Source: an uncultured Oscillospiraceae bacterium (lineage in GTDB: Bacteria; Bacillota; Clostridia; UMGS1883). From it: DNA of 47,341 bases. Under the pieces are notes generated by a model. It was not told the DNA's origin, did not search any database, and saw only the letters and a list, made by a program, of their open reading frames with translations. Shown here piece by piece: positions 35,163-43,607 of the stretch. Numbering within the stretch: position 1 is the stretch's first letter; each line of letters starts with the position of its first letter. Where the stretch lies: NCBI GenBank assembly GCA_964604615.1, contig CAZRZU010000002.1, positions 2,992 through 50,332 of the forward strand. The letters run 5' to 3'. The position numbers and the translations under genes were made by a program.

Positions 35163-35170
35163 ATATTTTA

Positions 35171-35953
35171 TTATTGAGCTGTGAAATCTGCCGTTTCGGT
35201 AGGAACCTCTGGTGTAAGATCAGGCATATTTTCTGTTGAAGAAATCTCTTCCGGAACAACAATCACCTGTGCCTGCGGCGAATTTGTATATGCGCGGGAG
35301 TTGATTGTTGTTTTGTCGCTCCTGAGGACTATTAGTTTTAAGTTTTCACAGTTTGAAAAAGTATTTTCGTTGAGACGTATTAATCCTTCGGGCAAAACCA
35401 CTTCCTCCAGCATACTGCATCCGGCAAAGGCGGATGCTGCTATATTGGTAAGATTTTTACCAAAGTGAATTTGTGAAAGACTTTTACATCCCGAGAATGA
35501 AGCAAAACCTATTGAACGAATATTGTCTGCAAAAACTATTGATTTAATGCCTGCGCAATGCATAAAAGCATATTCGGACACTGCTTCCAGCTTGAATGGC
35601 ATTTTTAACTCTTCCAAGGCGGTGCAATACGCAAAAGCATATGTACCGATGTTGGTTATACCTTCAGAAAAAACAACCTGAGAAAGGCTTGTACACCTGT
35701 AAAAAGCATAATTGTTTATTTTAGTTACCGTCTTAGGAATAACAACCTTTTTAAGGTTTTCGTTTTTGTAAAATGCTTTTGCGGGAATTTCTGTTAAAGT
35801 GACCCCATTGATTACTTCCGGAATCTGTGCAACACCGTTTTCGTCAATGTATACGGAGAAATCGATATCTGGTGCTTCGTTTTCGGCGGCTACACCTAAG
35901 CAAAGTATTTGCAATATAATAATTAAAGACAAAAACAAGCTTTTAAATTTCAT
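35171..35953 (-). CDS. secreted leucine-rich-repeat protein (BspA-type LRR)
   Basis: Signal peptide followed by repeated ..I...AF..C..L..V.IP..V..I...AF units of about 23 aa. Confidence 0.8.
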   Translation of the reverse strand: MKFKSLFLSLIIILQILCLGVAAENEAPDIDFSVYIDENGVAQIPEVINGVTLTEIPAKAFYKNENLKKVVIPKTVTKINNYAFYRCTSLSQVVFSEGITNIGTYAFAYCTALEELKMPFKLEAVSEYAFMHCAGIKSIVFADNIRSIGFASFSGCKSLSQIHFGKNLTNIAASAFAGCSMLEEVVLPEGLIRLNENTFSNCENLKLIVLRSDKTTINSRAYTNSPQAQVIVVPEEISSTENMPDLTPEVPTETADFTAQ

Positions 35954-37526
35954 TACTAATCTCCTTACTTGTTAAAACAAAATAGAATTCCACACCGTTT
36001 TCAAGATTTTCGAAATTATATTCTCCACCGTGTAATTCCACTATGGAACGTACAATTGACAATCCTAAGCCACTGCCGCCATATTCACGTGTGTGTGACT
36101 TGTCAATTTTATAAAACCTTTCCCAAATATTATCTTTATCCTCTTCAGGAATGTTTGCTCCACTATTATACACGGAAAATCTTATTTTGTCACCTGTCTT
36201 TTTAACAGATATGCTAATAATTCTATTGTCATCAACGTGATTTATAGCATTTGAAATATAATTTGTTACGGCTTGATATAAACGGAAATAGTCTCCGTAA
36301 ACAATTACATCATCTTCGATAAAGCAGTTAACGGTTATATTTTTATTCTTAAGAATCAAATCAAAAGAGTTTAAAGCATCCTCTGCTATTTCAGAAAGTG
36401 AAACCTCTCGACCGTCCATGAGTGTGTTTGAACTGTCAAGCTCCATTAAATCAAGCATCTGACGGATAATATGGTCCATTTTTTCAGCTTCTTCTATAAT
36501 AACATCGGTAAACATTTCCCTGGATTCATCGTCGACAGCTACATTGTCTTTAAGCCCCTCTGCATAGCCAAGTATTATGGCAAGAGGTGTCTTGAGCTCA
36601 TGTGAAGCATTTGCAATAAATTCTTTTCGCATTATATCAATGCGACTTTTCAATTCGTTATCAATAAGCAATTCTTTGTTCTTTTTGTACAATTCATCAA
36701 TTGTTGATTCGAGTTTGTTGCTTAAAGAATTAATACTGTCTCCAAGACTTCCGATTTCATCAACTCTGTCGGATTCATATTTCTTTGAAAAGTCAAGTTG
36801 TTCCATTGATTTTGCAATCTGAGAGAGTTCTTTCACCGGTTTTGCAATAGTTTTGGATGTAAATGCAACAATTATAATGCCGATAATAAGCATAACTGCG
36901 CCTACAATAAGCTGAAGGGTGTTAGATATAAACCCTGCTTCGTCAATTGAAGCATAAGACATTTGTATTAAAATTTTATATCCGCCGGACAGGTAACCTC
37001 TCAGGCAAAGATTTTTCTCTTCGTATGTAGATTTGTTTGTGTGAGAAAAAACCAGGTAGTCCTCATTTTCAAAAAGCTTATCATCTTCCGAAACATCCTG
37101 ATAAAATGCAAACAACTCCATGCGATTTGACCTGAAATTGTGTTCCCTTTCGCGTATCATTCCTGAGGGTATTTTGAGTGAGTTGTTCTCATTTTCTGTT
37201 CCTTGCCACGATGAATTATTCTGTCTGTTCTCGTCAGAAAAGGGAAAAGAATCTATAACCAGCTTGTCTTCGTCATCCCATATAAAAACCCTGAGGTTTT
37301 CCTTGGTGAGTGTATCTTTTACAATTTGTATTACACCCTCTTCGCTTGCCCCCTGTTTGTATCGGGTAGAAAGAGAATAATACAACTCCTCCATTGCATC
37401 GATTTTTATATTCTGGTGTACACGAGACAGCAATAAAGCATTTATAATGATATTAAATGCAACAACAGCAATCAAAATAGCTGAAAAAACAACGATTAGT
37501 TTTCTCGACAAAGATGTTTTTATCAT
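35943..37526 (-). CDS. sensor histidine kinase (TM - extracellular domain - TM - HAMP - HisKA - HATPase)
   Basis: H-box FIANASHELKTPLA, N-box YISNAINH, G-boxes SGANIP and GGSGLGLSIV. Two TM segments flank a domain of about 170 aa. Confidence 0.9.
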   Translation of the reverse strand: MIKTSLSRKLIVVFSAILIAVVAFNIIINALLLSRVHQNIKIDAMEELYYSLSTRYKQGASEEGVIQIVKDTLTKENLRVFIWDDEDKLVIDSFPFSDENRQNNSSWQGTENENNSLKIPSGMIREREHNFRSNRMELFAFYQDVSEDDKLFENEDYLVFSHTNKSTYEEKNLCLRGYLSGGYKILIQMSYASIDEAGFISNTLQLIVGAVMLIIGIIIVAFTSKTIAKPVKELSQIAKSMEQLDFSKKYESDRVDEIGSLGDSINSLSNKLESTIDELYKKNKELLIDNELKSRIDIMRKEFIANASHELKTPLAIILGYAEGLKDNVAVDDESREMFTDVIIEEAEKMDHIIRQMLDLMELDSSNTLMDGREVSLSEIAEDALNSFDLILKNKNITVNCFIEDDVIVYGDYFRLYQAVTNYISNAINHVDDNRIISISVKKTGDKIRFSVYNSGANIPEEDKDNIWERFYKIDKSHTREYGGSGLGLSIVRSIVELHGGEYNFENLENGVEFYFVLTSKEISNEI

Positions 37527-38212
37527 TTTACAACCTCAAATTTGTATCCTATGCCACGGACTGTGCTTAAGTATTTTCCGTACACTCCCAGCTTTTTTCT
37601 GAGCTTTGTTATGTGTGTGTCAATTGTCCTGGCATCACCGAAATAATCATAATTCCAAACATTATCAAGAATTTTTTCCCTGGAAAGTGTAATGCCCTGG
37701 TTTTCTGCCAGATATACCAGAAGGTCAAATTCTTTTACACTTAAATAAATTTCTGAACCGTCGATGTACACAGCATGGGCAACTTTATCAATCGAAATGC
37801 CTCCGAAATCAAACTTTTCAGTCTGTTGAACCATGGTTCGTCTTAAAATAGCTTCTACTCTTGCAACCAACACTTTAAGACTAAAGGGTTTTGTTATATA
37901 TTGGTCAGCTCCAATGTCGTAGCCCATAATCTCGTCGCATTCCTGTGCTCTTGCGGTTAGCATAATTACAGGAACAGAGGAAGATGCTCGTATTTCCATG
38001 AGAACGTCAAAACCGCCTATTTTGGGCATCATAACGTCTAAAACAACCAAGTCAATATCTTTTGTGTTATAAAAAATATTAAGAGCTTCCTCGCCGTCTG
38101 ATGCTTCTATTACTTTATAACCGTTTACTTCAAGAAAGTTTTTTATTAATCTGCGAAGCCTGTATTCATCATCAACTACAAGAATCTTTGCTTTTGTTAC
38201 AGCAGTTGTCAT
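37523..38212 (-). CDS. OmpR-family response regulator
   Basis: Receiver domain (VVDDE..., DLVVLDVMMP, acidic pocket) and winged-helix output (RTIDTHITKLRKKL...VRGIGYKF). ATGA overlap with the kinase gene. Confidence 0.9.
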   Translation of the reverse strand: MTTAVTKAKILVVDDEYRLRRLIKNFLEVNGYKVIEASDGEEALNIFYNTKDIDLVVLDVMMPKIGGFDVLMEIRASSSVPVIMLTARAQECDEIMGYDIGADQYITKPFSLKVLVARVEAILRRTMVQQTEKFDFGGISIDKVAHAVYIDGSEIYLSVKEFDLLVYLAENQGITLSREKILDNVWNYDYFGDARTIDTHITKLRKKLGVYGKYLSTVRGIGYKFEVVK

Positions 38213-38228
38213 AGCCTACTCCTTATTC

Positions 38229-38912
38229 TTATTCCCCTAACATGTTAACGGTATCGTTAATTGTGGAAGTCAATTCATTGCTAACTTCCGGAGCTCCGCC
38301 CGTGAGTTCGTTAGCAAGGTACATGTCACATCTGGGAATATATTCGCCGTCTATATATTCAACATATATATATAGTCTTTCAACTCTTCTGCCAAGTGTG
38401 GGAGATGATAATAATTCAAGCATTGCTTCTGTATTATTATCAACAATGTCTCGAAGTGCATCGTTATCGTTTGCAGTAGTAGCATCTATATAACGTGTAA
38501 TAATAGTGCCGTACACTTCTGCCATATCGGGAGAGGTTATCTGCGTCATGACACCGTAAACACCTTCGTGTTCAGCTACAAATTCAAATTCGTAATCAAT
38601 CTGCGGGAAAATTGCATTGTAGAATGCCAATTGGTCTTCGGATTCAAAATTGAAAAGCCATTTATCCTCTTCGTGAAGAACATTTGATATGGCATCAAAA
38701 TCACAAGAAATAAAAGTGTCTATATATTCGCTGACAACTTTCCTTACGGCAATATCTGCTTCGCTTCCCTCGGGAACGTCATTGGGGATAATTGTTCCAT
38801 CTTCTGTGGGTGTCGTACTTGCATCTTCGTCAGACACACCGCGGGAACATCCGCATCCTGAAACTGAAATTACCATAATTAAACAAATAATAATTAAAAG
38901 AACTCTTTTCAT
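38229..38912 (-). CDS. hypothetical lipoprotein
   Basis: MKRVLLIIICLIMVISVSGCGC lipobox. No family recognised by eye. First gene of the two-component operon. Confidence 0.65.
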   Translation of the reverse strand: MKRVLLIIICLIMVISVSGCGCSRGVSDEDASTTPTEDGTIIPNDVPEGSEADIAVRKVVSEYIDTFISCDFDAISNVLHEEDKWLFNFESEDQLAFYNAIFPQIDYEFEFVAEHEGVYGVMTQITSPDMAEVYGTIITRYIDATTANDNDALRDIVDNNTEAMLELLSSPTLGRRVERLYIYVEYIDGEYIPRCDMYLANELTGGAPEVSNELTSTINDTVNMLGE

Positions 38913-39059
38913 AAAACCACCCTTGTTAAACGTAAAATATCACGTATATATTATAGCCCTAAAGGGGCACCGTGTCAAGAAATATGCAAAATTTTAACTT
39001 TACATAACTTTTCCTGTGTGATAAAGTAATGTAGATGTAATTCATGCGAGGTGAATATA

Positions 39060-40298
39060 ATGCAGTTTAATATAAAAAACCTGGCAAAAAAGCCCGGCGA
39101 ATATGCTGTTAACCTTTTGAAATGGTTATGTCTTGCTCTCATATTGGGCATAATCAGTGCTTTGGCGGGAGTTCTGTTCCATTATGCGGTAGACACGGGA
39201 ACTTACATAAGAGGTCTTTATCCTGTGATTTTGTATGCTCTCCCCTTAGCCGGTATAGCTATTGTGTTCTTGTACCATATATGTAACATGGATAACGACC
39301 GCGGTACAAACAGAATAATTGAATCAGTAAGAACATCGGAAAAAGTGCCGCTGAATGTAGCCCCTCTTATTATAACAGCGACAGCTCTTACACATCTTTG
39401 CGGTGGTTCGGCAGGGCGCGAAGGGGCAGCTTTGCAGATTGGCGGAAGTCTTGGTTCAACTGTGGCAAGGGCTTTGAAACTGGAGAAATTCAACTTATCT
39501 GCTTTAATCATGTGCGGTATGAGCGGTGTATTCAGCGCAGTTTTCGGAACACCTGTTACTGCTGCAATATTTTCTCTGGAAGTTGTGTGCGTTGGTACAA
39601 TGCCATACAGCGCGCTGCTCCCTGTTATGATTTCAGCCATTAGTGCAAAAGCTGTTGCAGGTGCCTTTGGTGTGGAAGCGACTCACTTTACGGTTGGAAA
39701 TATTCCTGCTCTTGATGTTTTTGTTGCATTTAAGGTTTTTGTACTGGCTGTTCTTGTGGCAATATTAAGCATGGTTTTTGTGACGACAATGCACAAAACC
39801 GGAAGTTTGATGAACAAGTACTTTTCCAATAAATATGTAAGAGTTATTATCGGATCAGTTTTGATAATTGCCTTTACAAAACTTTTGGGTACATATGACT
39901 ATAACGGTGCAGGTGTTAACATAATAACACAGGCAGTTGAAGAAGGTACTGCGGAAAACGGAGCATTTCTGTTAAAAATGCTTTTTACGGCAGTAACATT
40001 AGCGGCAGGATTTAAGGGCGGAGAAATTGTACCCACGTTTTTTATAGGCTCCACGTTTGGTGTATTTGCGGCATCTTTTTTAGGACTTGATCCTTCTTTT
40101 GCAGCGGCAATAGGGCTTGTGGCTTTGTTTTGCGGTGTTGTAAACTGCCCTGTTGCTTCAATTGTTCTCAGTGTGGAAATCTTCGGAGCAGAAGGTTTGG
40201 TGTATTTTGCATTAGCGGTTGTGGTAAGTTATCTTCTTTCCGGTAATTGCAGTTTGTATTCTGCTCAAAAATTCGATACATCAAAACTTAAAGGTTAA
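39060..40298 (+). CDS. ClC-family voltage-gated chloride channel/antiporter homologue
   Basis: GGSAGREGAALQIGG and GGEIVPTFFIGS selectivity-filter-type motifs, about 10-12 TM segments. ATG 39060 follows a GAGGTG RBS. The listed GTG 39051 lies on the RBS. Confidence 0.85.
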   Translation: MQFNIKNLAKKPGEYAVNLLKWLCLALILGIISALAGVLFHYAVDTGTYIRGLYPVILYALPLAGIAIVFLYHICNMDNDRGTNRIIESVRTSEKVPLNVAPLIITATALTHLCGGSAGREGAALQIGGSLGSTVARALKLEKFNLSALIMCGMSGVFSAVFGTPVTAAIFSLEVVCVGTMPYSALLPVMISAISAKAVAGAFGVEATHFTVGNIPALDVFVAFKVFVLAVLVAILSMVFVTTMHKTGSLMNKYFSNKYVRVIIGSVLIIAFTKLLGTYDYNGAGVNIITQAVEEGTAENGAFLLKMLFTAVTLAAGFKGGEIVPTFFIGSTFGVFAASFLGLDPSFAAAIGLVALFCGVVNCPVASIVLSVEIFGAEGLVYFALAVVVSYLLSGNCSLYSAQKFDTSKLKG

Positions 40299-40318
40299 CA
40301 GAAAGGTGTGAACCGATT

Positions 40319-41704
40319 GTGAAAATCATTATCGTAGGTGGTGGCAAAGTAGGGCTTACTCTTTGTGAACAGTTGTGTGCTGAAGGCCATGATATAACAC
40401 TTCTGGACAGTAATCCCGAGGTTATTGAAACAGCGGTAAATACTTTCGACATTCAAGGTATTGTCGGAAGCGGAACCAGCTATAAGGCGCAATTTGAAGC
40501 CGGTATTGCCTCTGCCGATGTGCTTATTGCTGTAACAGACAGTGACGAAACCAGTCTGCTCTCTTGTCTGATTGCAAAAAAAGCAGGTAACTGTAAAACA
40601 ATTGCAAGAGTTCGTGATCCTGAATATTATTCGGAAATTCGTTTTATTCAGGAAGAACTGGGTCTTGCAATGGCTATAAACCCTGACATTGCTGTTGCAA
40701 ATGAAATTGAGCGCTTGGTTCAGATACCTTCTGCACTTGAAGTTGATACATTTGCCAAAGGCAGAGTTACAATTATAAGAACACAGATTCCGGAAAACTC
40801 GCCGTTGGATAATACTGCAATATATGAACTTCACTCTAAGATTTCCGATAAAATGCTTGTTTGTATTGTAGAGCACGGAGATGAGATTATCATTCCGAAA
40901 GGTACAAACATTCTTCATGCAGGAGATTATATTTCGGTTATTCTTCCCCTGTACGAAACAATGCCCATACTGAAAAAGATTGGCATTGAGGCAAAACCTG
41001 TGAAGTCGGTTATGATTGCAGGAGGCGGCAAAATTTCGTATTATTTGGCTGAAAAGCTCCTTCATGCAAAACAGACTGTAAAAATCATTGAAAAAGATTC
41101 TGCACGATGCCAGGAGCTGAGCATAAACCTTCCCAAGGCAATGATACTTTGCGGAGATGCTTCCGACGAAGAACTTCTCGAAGAAGAGGGTATCGGAGAG
41201 GTTGATGCTTTCATTTCGCTTACTAATTTTGATGAAGGCAATGTATTAATGTCTTTGTATGCAAATGAAGCATCAAAGGCTAAAATAATAACCAAAATAA
41301 GTCGTATCTCATTCGAAAAAATACTTGCTAACCTCCCTATCGGAACAACTGTGTTTTCAAAGTATATTACAGCAGAAAAAATCATTCGCTATGTTCGCGC
41401 TATGAGCAATTCGGAGCACCTTGATGAAATACTTACACTGTATAAAATGCTCGGAGGTAAAGCCGAAGCATTGGAGCTGAGAGTAAAAAAGAGCGAAAAT
41501 GCGGGTAAATATACAGGTATACCCATTATGAATCTTAAAATTCGTAAGGATGTAATATTGGGCTGCATAACCAGACGTGGAAAAATGATTGTTCCCAATG
41601 GTAACGATACTCTCGAAGTAGGAGACACAGTAGTTGTTGTAACAACTTCAGCTAACGAAAATAACAGAATTACAACACTTACAGATATTTTTGAAAAGGG
41701 CTAA
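40319..41704 (+). CDS. trkA: Trk potassium uptake system NAD-binding subunit
   Basis: Two RCK/TrkA-N modules (MKIIIVGGGKVG; VMIAGGGKISY), each followed by a TrkA-C domain. 461 aa. Confidence 0.9.
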   Translation: MKIIIVGGGKVGLTLCEQLCAEGHDITLLDSNPEVIETAVNTFDIQGIVGSGTSYKAQFEAGIASADVLIAVTDSDETSLLSCLIAKKAGNCKTIARVRDPEYYSEIRFIQEELGLAMAINPDIAVANEIERLVQIPSALEVDTFAKGRVTIIRTQIPENSPLDNTAIYELHSKISDKMLVCIVEHGDEIIIPKGTNILHAGDYISVILPLYETMPILKKIGIEAKPVKSVMIAGGGKISYYLAEKLLHAKQTVKIIEKDSARCQELSINLPKAMILCGDASDEELLEEEGIGEVDAFISLTNFDEGNVLMSLYANEASKAKIITKISRISFEKILANLPIGTTVFSKYITAEKIIRYVRAMSNSEHLDEILTLYKMLGGKAEALELRVKKSENAGKYTGIPIMNLKIRKDVILGCITRRGKMIVPNGNDTLEVGDTVVVVTTSANENNRITTLTDIFEKG

Positions 41705-41709
41705 TAGTT

Positions 41710-43146
41710 ATGAATTATTCTATCATAAGATATATTACGGGTTGGGTTATTTTTACAATATCGCTTTTTATGCTGTTGCCTGTTCCGGTGTCTCTTATAT
41801 ATGGAGATGGTAGCGCCGCAACATTTTTGGGGTGCGCCGCAGTGTTTGGTACAATAGGATTTCTTTTGAAAATGAATAAGCCCTCAAACAGACGTTTTTT
41901 TGCACGTGAGGGGTTTATTGTGGCAACACTTTCGTGGATTGTTATTTCCCTAATATCTGCGGTGCCTTTTACGGTATCAGGGGAAATTCCGTCATATATT
42001 GATGCTGTTTTTGAGGTTGTTTCGGGTTTTACAACGACCGGTGCGACCATCCTCACAGATATTGAAGCTATGTCAAAGGGGATGCTTTTCTGGAGATGCT
42101 TTTCTAACTGGTTGGGCGGCATGGGGGTTCTTGTGTTTATTTTGGCAATTATGCCCCAGGCGAGCGGTCAGGCAGTTTATATTTTAAAAGCTGAAAGCAC
42201 AGGACCATCGGTTGGTAAGCTTGTACCGAAACTCAAGGAAAGTGCAAGCATTTTATATGGTTTATACATCTTTTTAACGGTTGTGCAGATTGTACTTCTT
42301 GTCATAGCAAAAATGCCTGTGTTTGATGCTGTTTGTGTAACCTTTGGTATAGCAGGAACAGGCGGCTTTGCTGTGCTTAATGACTCGATTGCATCCTATT
42401 CCGTTGCAGCAAAAAATATAATAACAGTATTTATGCTGCTTTTTGGTGTTAATTTTAATGTTTATTTCCTTATTTTGGCAAGAAAATTTAAGGATGCTTT
42501 TTCAAACGAAGAATTAAGATGGTATTTCATTATCTATTTTGTTGCAACCTTTATTGCTGGCACATCTTTGTTTGTGCAATCAAGAGAATACTTTAACCTT
42601 ACTGACATTTTCTTTCAAACTTCCAGTATAATGACAAGTACCGGGTTTTCAACGGTTGACTTTAATCTATGGACCCCTCTTGCTAAAGGAATACTGGTAA
42701 TGTTAATGTTTATCGGTGCTTGTGCAGGAAGCACAGGCGGCGGTATAAAGGTTTCAAGGTTCGTTGTGTATGTTAAAACCGTAAGAAAACAACTGTCAGC
42801 GCTTATTCATCCGCGTAGTGTAAAGATTCTTAAAATGGACGGTAAGCCCATAAATCACGAAATAATAAGAATAATAAACGTATACTTTGCCACATATATT
42901 TTTGTATTTACCGCTTCGTTGTTGGTTATTCTTGCCGAGGGCTTGGATCTCACTACAAGCTTCACTGCAGTAGCGGCTACGTTAAATAATGTGGGACCCG
43001 GTTTAGGCGATGTGGGACCGATGTATAGCTTTGCGCAGTTCTCTCCTTTGGGTAAGATTGTGCTTTCCTTCGATATGTTGGCAGGCAGATTGGAAATTTT
43101 CCCTGTTCTGATATTCTTCTCCCCTTCTGCATGGCATAGAAAATAG
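41710..43146 (+). CDS. trkH: Trk potassium uptake system membrane subunit
   Basis: TrkH/KtrB family with repeated pore-loop motifs (SGFTTTGATI, GTGGF, TSTGFST, NNVGPG). 478 aa. Confidence 0.9.
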   Translation: MNYSIIRYITGWVIFTISLFMLLPVPVSLIYGDGSAATFLGCAAVFGTIGFLLKMNKPSNRRFFAREGFIVATLSWIVISLISAVPFTVSGEIPSYIDAVFEVVSGFTTTGATILTDIEAMSKGMLFWRCFSNWLGGMGVLVFILAIMPQASGQAVYILKAESTGPSVGKLVPKLKESASILYGLYIFLTVVQIVLLVIAKMPVFDAVCVTFGIAGTGGFAVLNDSIASYSVAAKNIITVFMLLFGVNFNVYFLILARKFKDAFSNEELRWYFIIYFVATFIAGTSLFVQSREYFNLTDIFFQTSSIMTSTGFSTVDFNLWTPLAKGILVMLMFIGACAGSTGGGIKVSRFVVYVKTVRKQLSALIHPRSVKILKMDGKPINHEIIRIINVYFATYIFVFTASLLVILAEGLDLTTSFTAVAATLNNVGPGLGDVGPMYSFAQFSPLGKIVLSFDMLAGRLEIFPVLIFFSPSAWHRK

Positions 43147-43180
43147 AAAAGACCTTGCTTTTATAGCAAGGTCTTTTCTA
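43144..43180. terminator. bidirectional terminator between trkH and yaiI
   Basis: TAGAAAAGACCTTGCT-loop-AGCAAGGTCTTTTCTA, overlapping the last codons of the minus-strand gene. Confidence 0.7.
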
Positions 43181-43607
43181 TTAACTTTCTGAAAGCTTCT
43201 TCGAAGTTTCTGTCGTCTTCTTTTGTGCGCTTTGGTATGGAATTAAGCCTCCCGCCTGCCCGCTTGACTTTTTTGCCTATATGTCTGGCAAAAAGCAATG
43301 AGTCAATATTTGACGAGTCATATGTCATGCCGTTCTGGTTAATTGCAGAACATTGTTTTCCCAGCGCCATTGCTGCAACACCATAGTCCTGAGTAACGAT
43401 GATATCGCCTTTTTGAGCAATGTTAATAAGATATATGTCGGCACTGTCTGCCCCTTTATCAACAGTTATAATTTTTGCGTAATCGCTATTTAAAACATGA
43501 CTTGTATCAATAACCATAATAACTTCAATGCCATATTCCCTGCAAACTCTGACTACAATTTCCTTTACGGGGCACGCATCTGCATCTACAATTGTTTTCA
43601 TAACCAA
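43161..43607 (-). CDS. YaiI/YqxD-family protein (UPF0178/DUF188)
   Basis: IVDADACPVKE....V......I.V..V.......................V....D.AD..I........GDIV.TQDYGLA pattern typical of the family. Confidence 0.8.
   Translation of the reverse strand: MVMKTIVDADACPVKEIVVRVCREYGIEVIMVIDTSHVLNSDYAKIITVDKGADSADIYLINIAQKGDIIVTQDYGVAAMALGKQCSAINQNGMTYDSSNIDSLLFARHIGKKVKRAGGRLNSIPKRTKEDDRNFEEAFRKLIEKTLL

Noticed and set aside
21099-38912. Possible genomic island starting at the tyrosine recombinase (strand switch, visibly more AT-rich ECF/YihY/SLH genes)
   Set aside because: I could see no flanking direct repeats or att-like duplication, no tRNA target, and no phage, plasmid or conjugation genes. The content is metabolic and sporulation-related. 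The composition impression was not quantified.
38913-39059. Possible fluoride riboswitch upstream of the ClC gene
   Set aside because: Only a short GCCC-taaa-GGGGC hairpin is present. The conserved GGnGAUG...CUGAUGA...CCUAC-type elements are absent.
40295-41065. 256-aa minus-strand ORF, Cys/Asn/Phe-rich, overlapping trkA
   Set aside because: It is antisense to a well-supported trkA, has no RBS, and its composition is typical of the reverse frame of an AT-rich gene. I do not believe it is coding.
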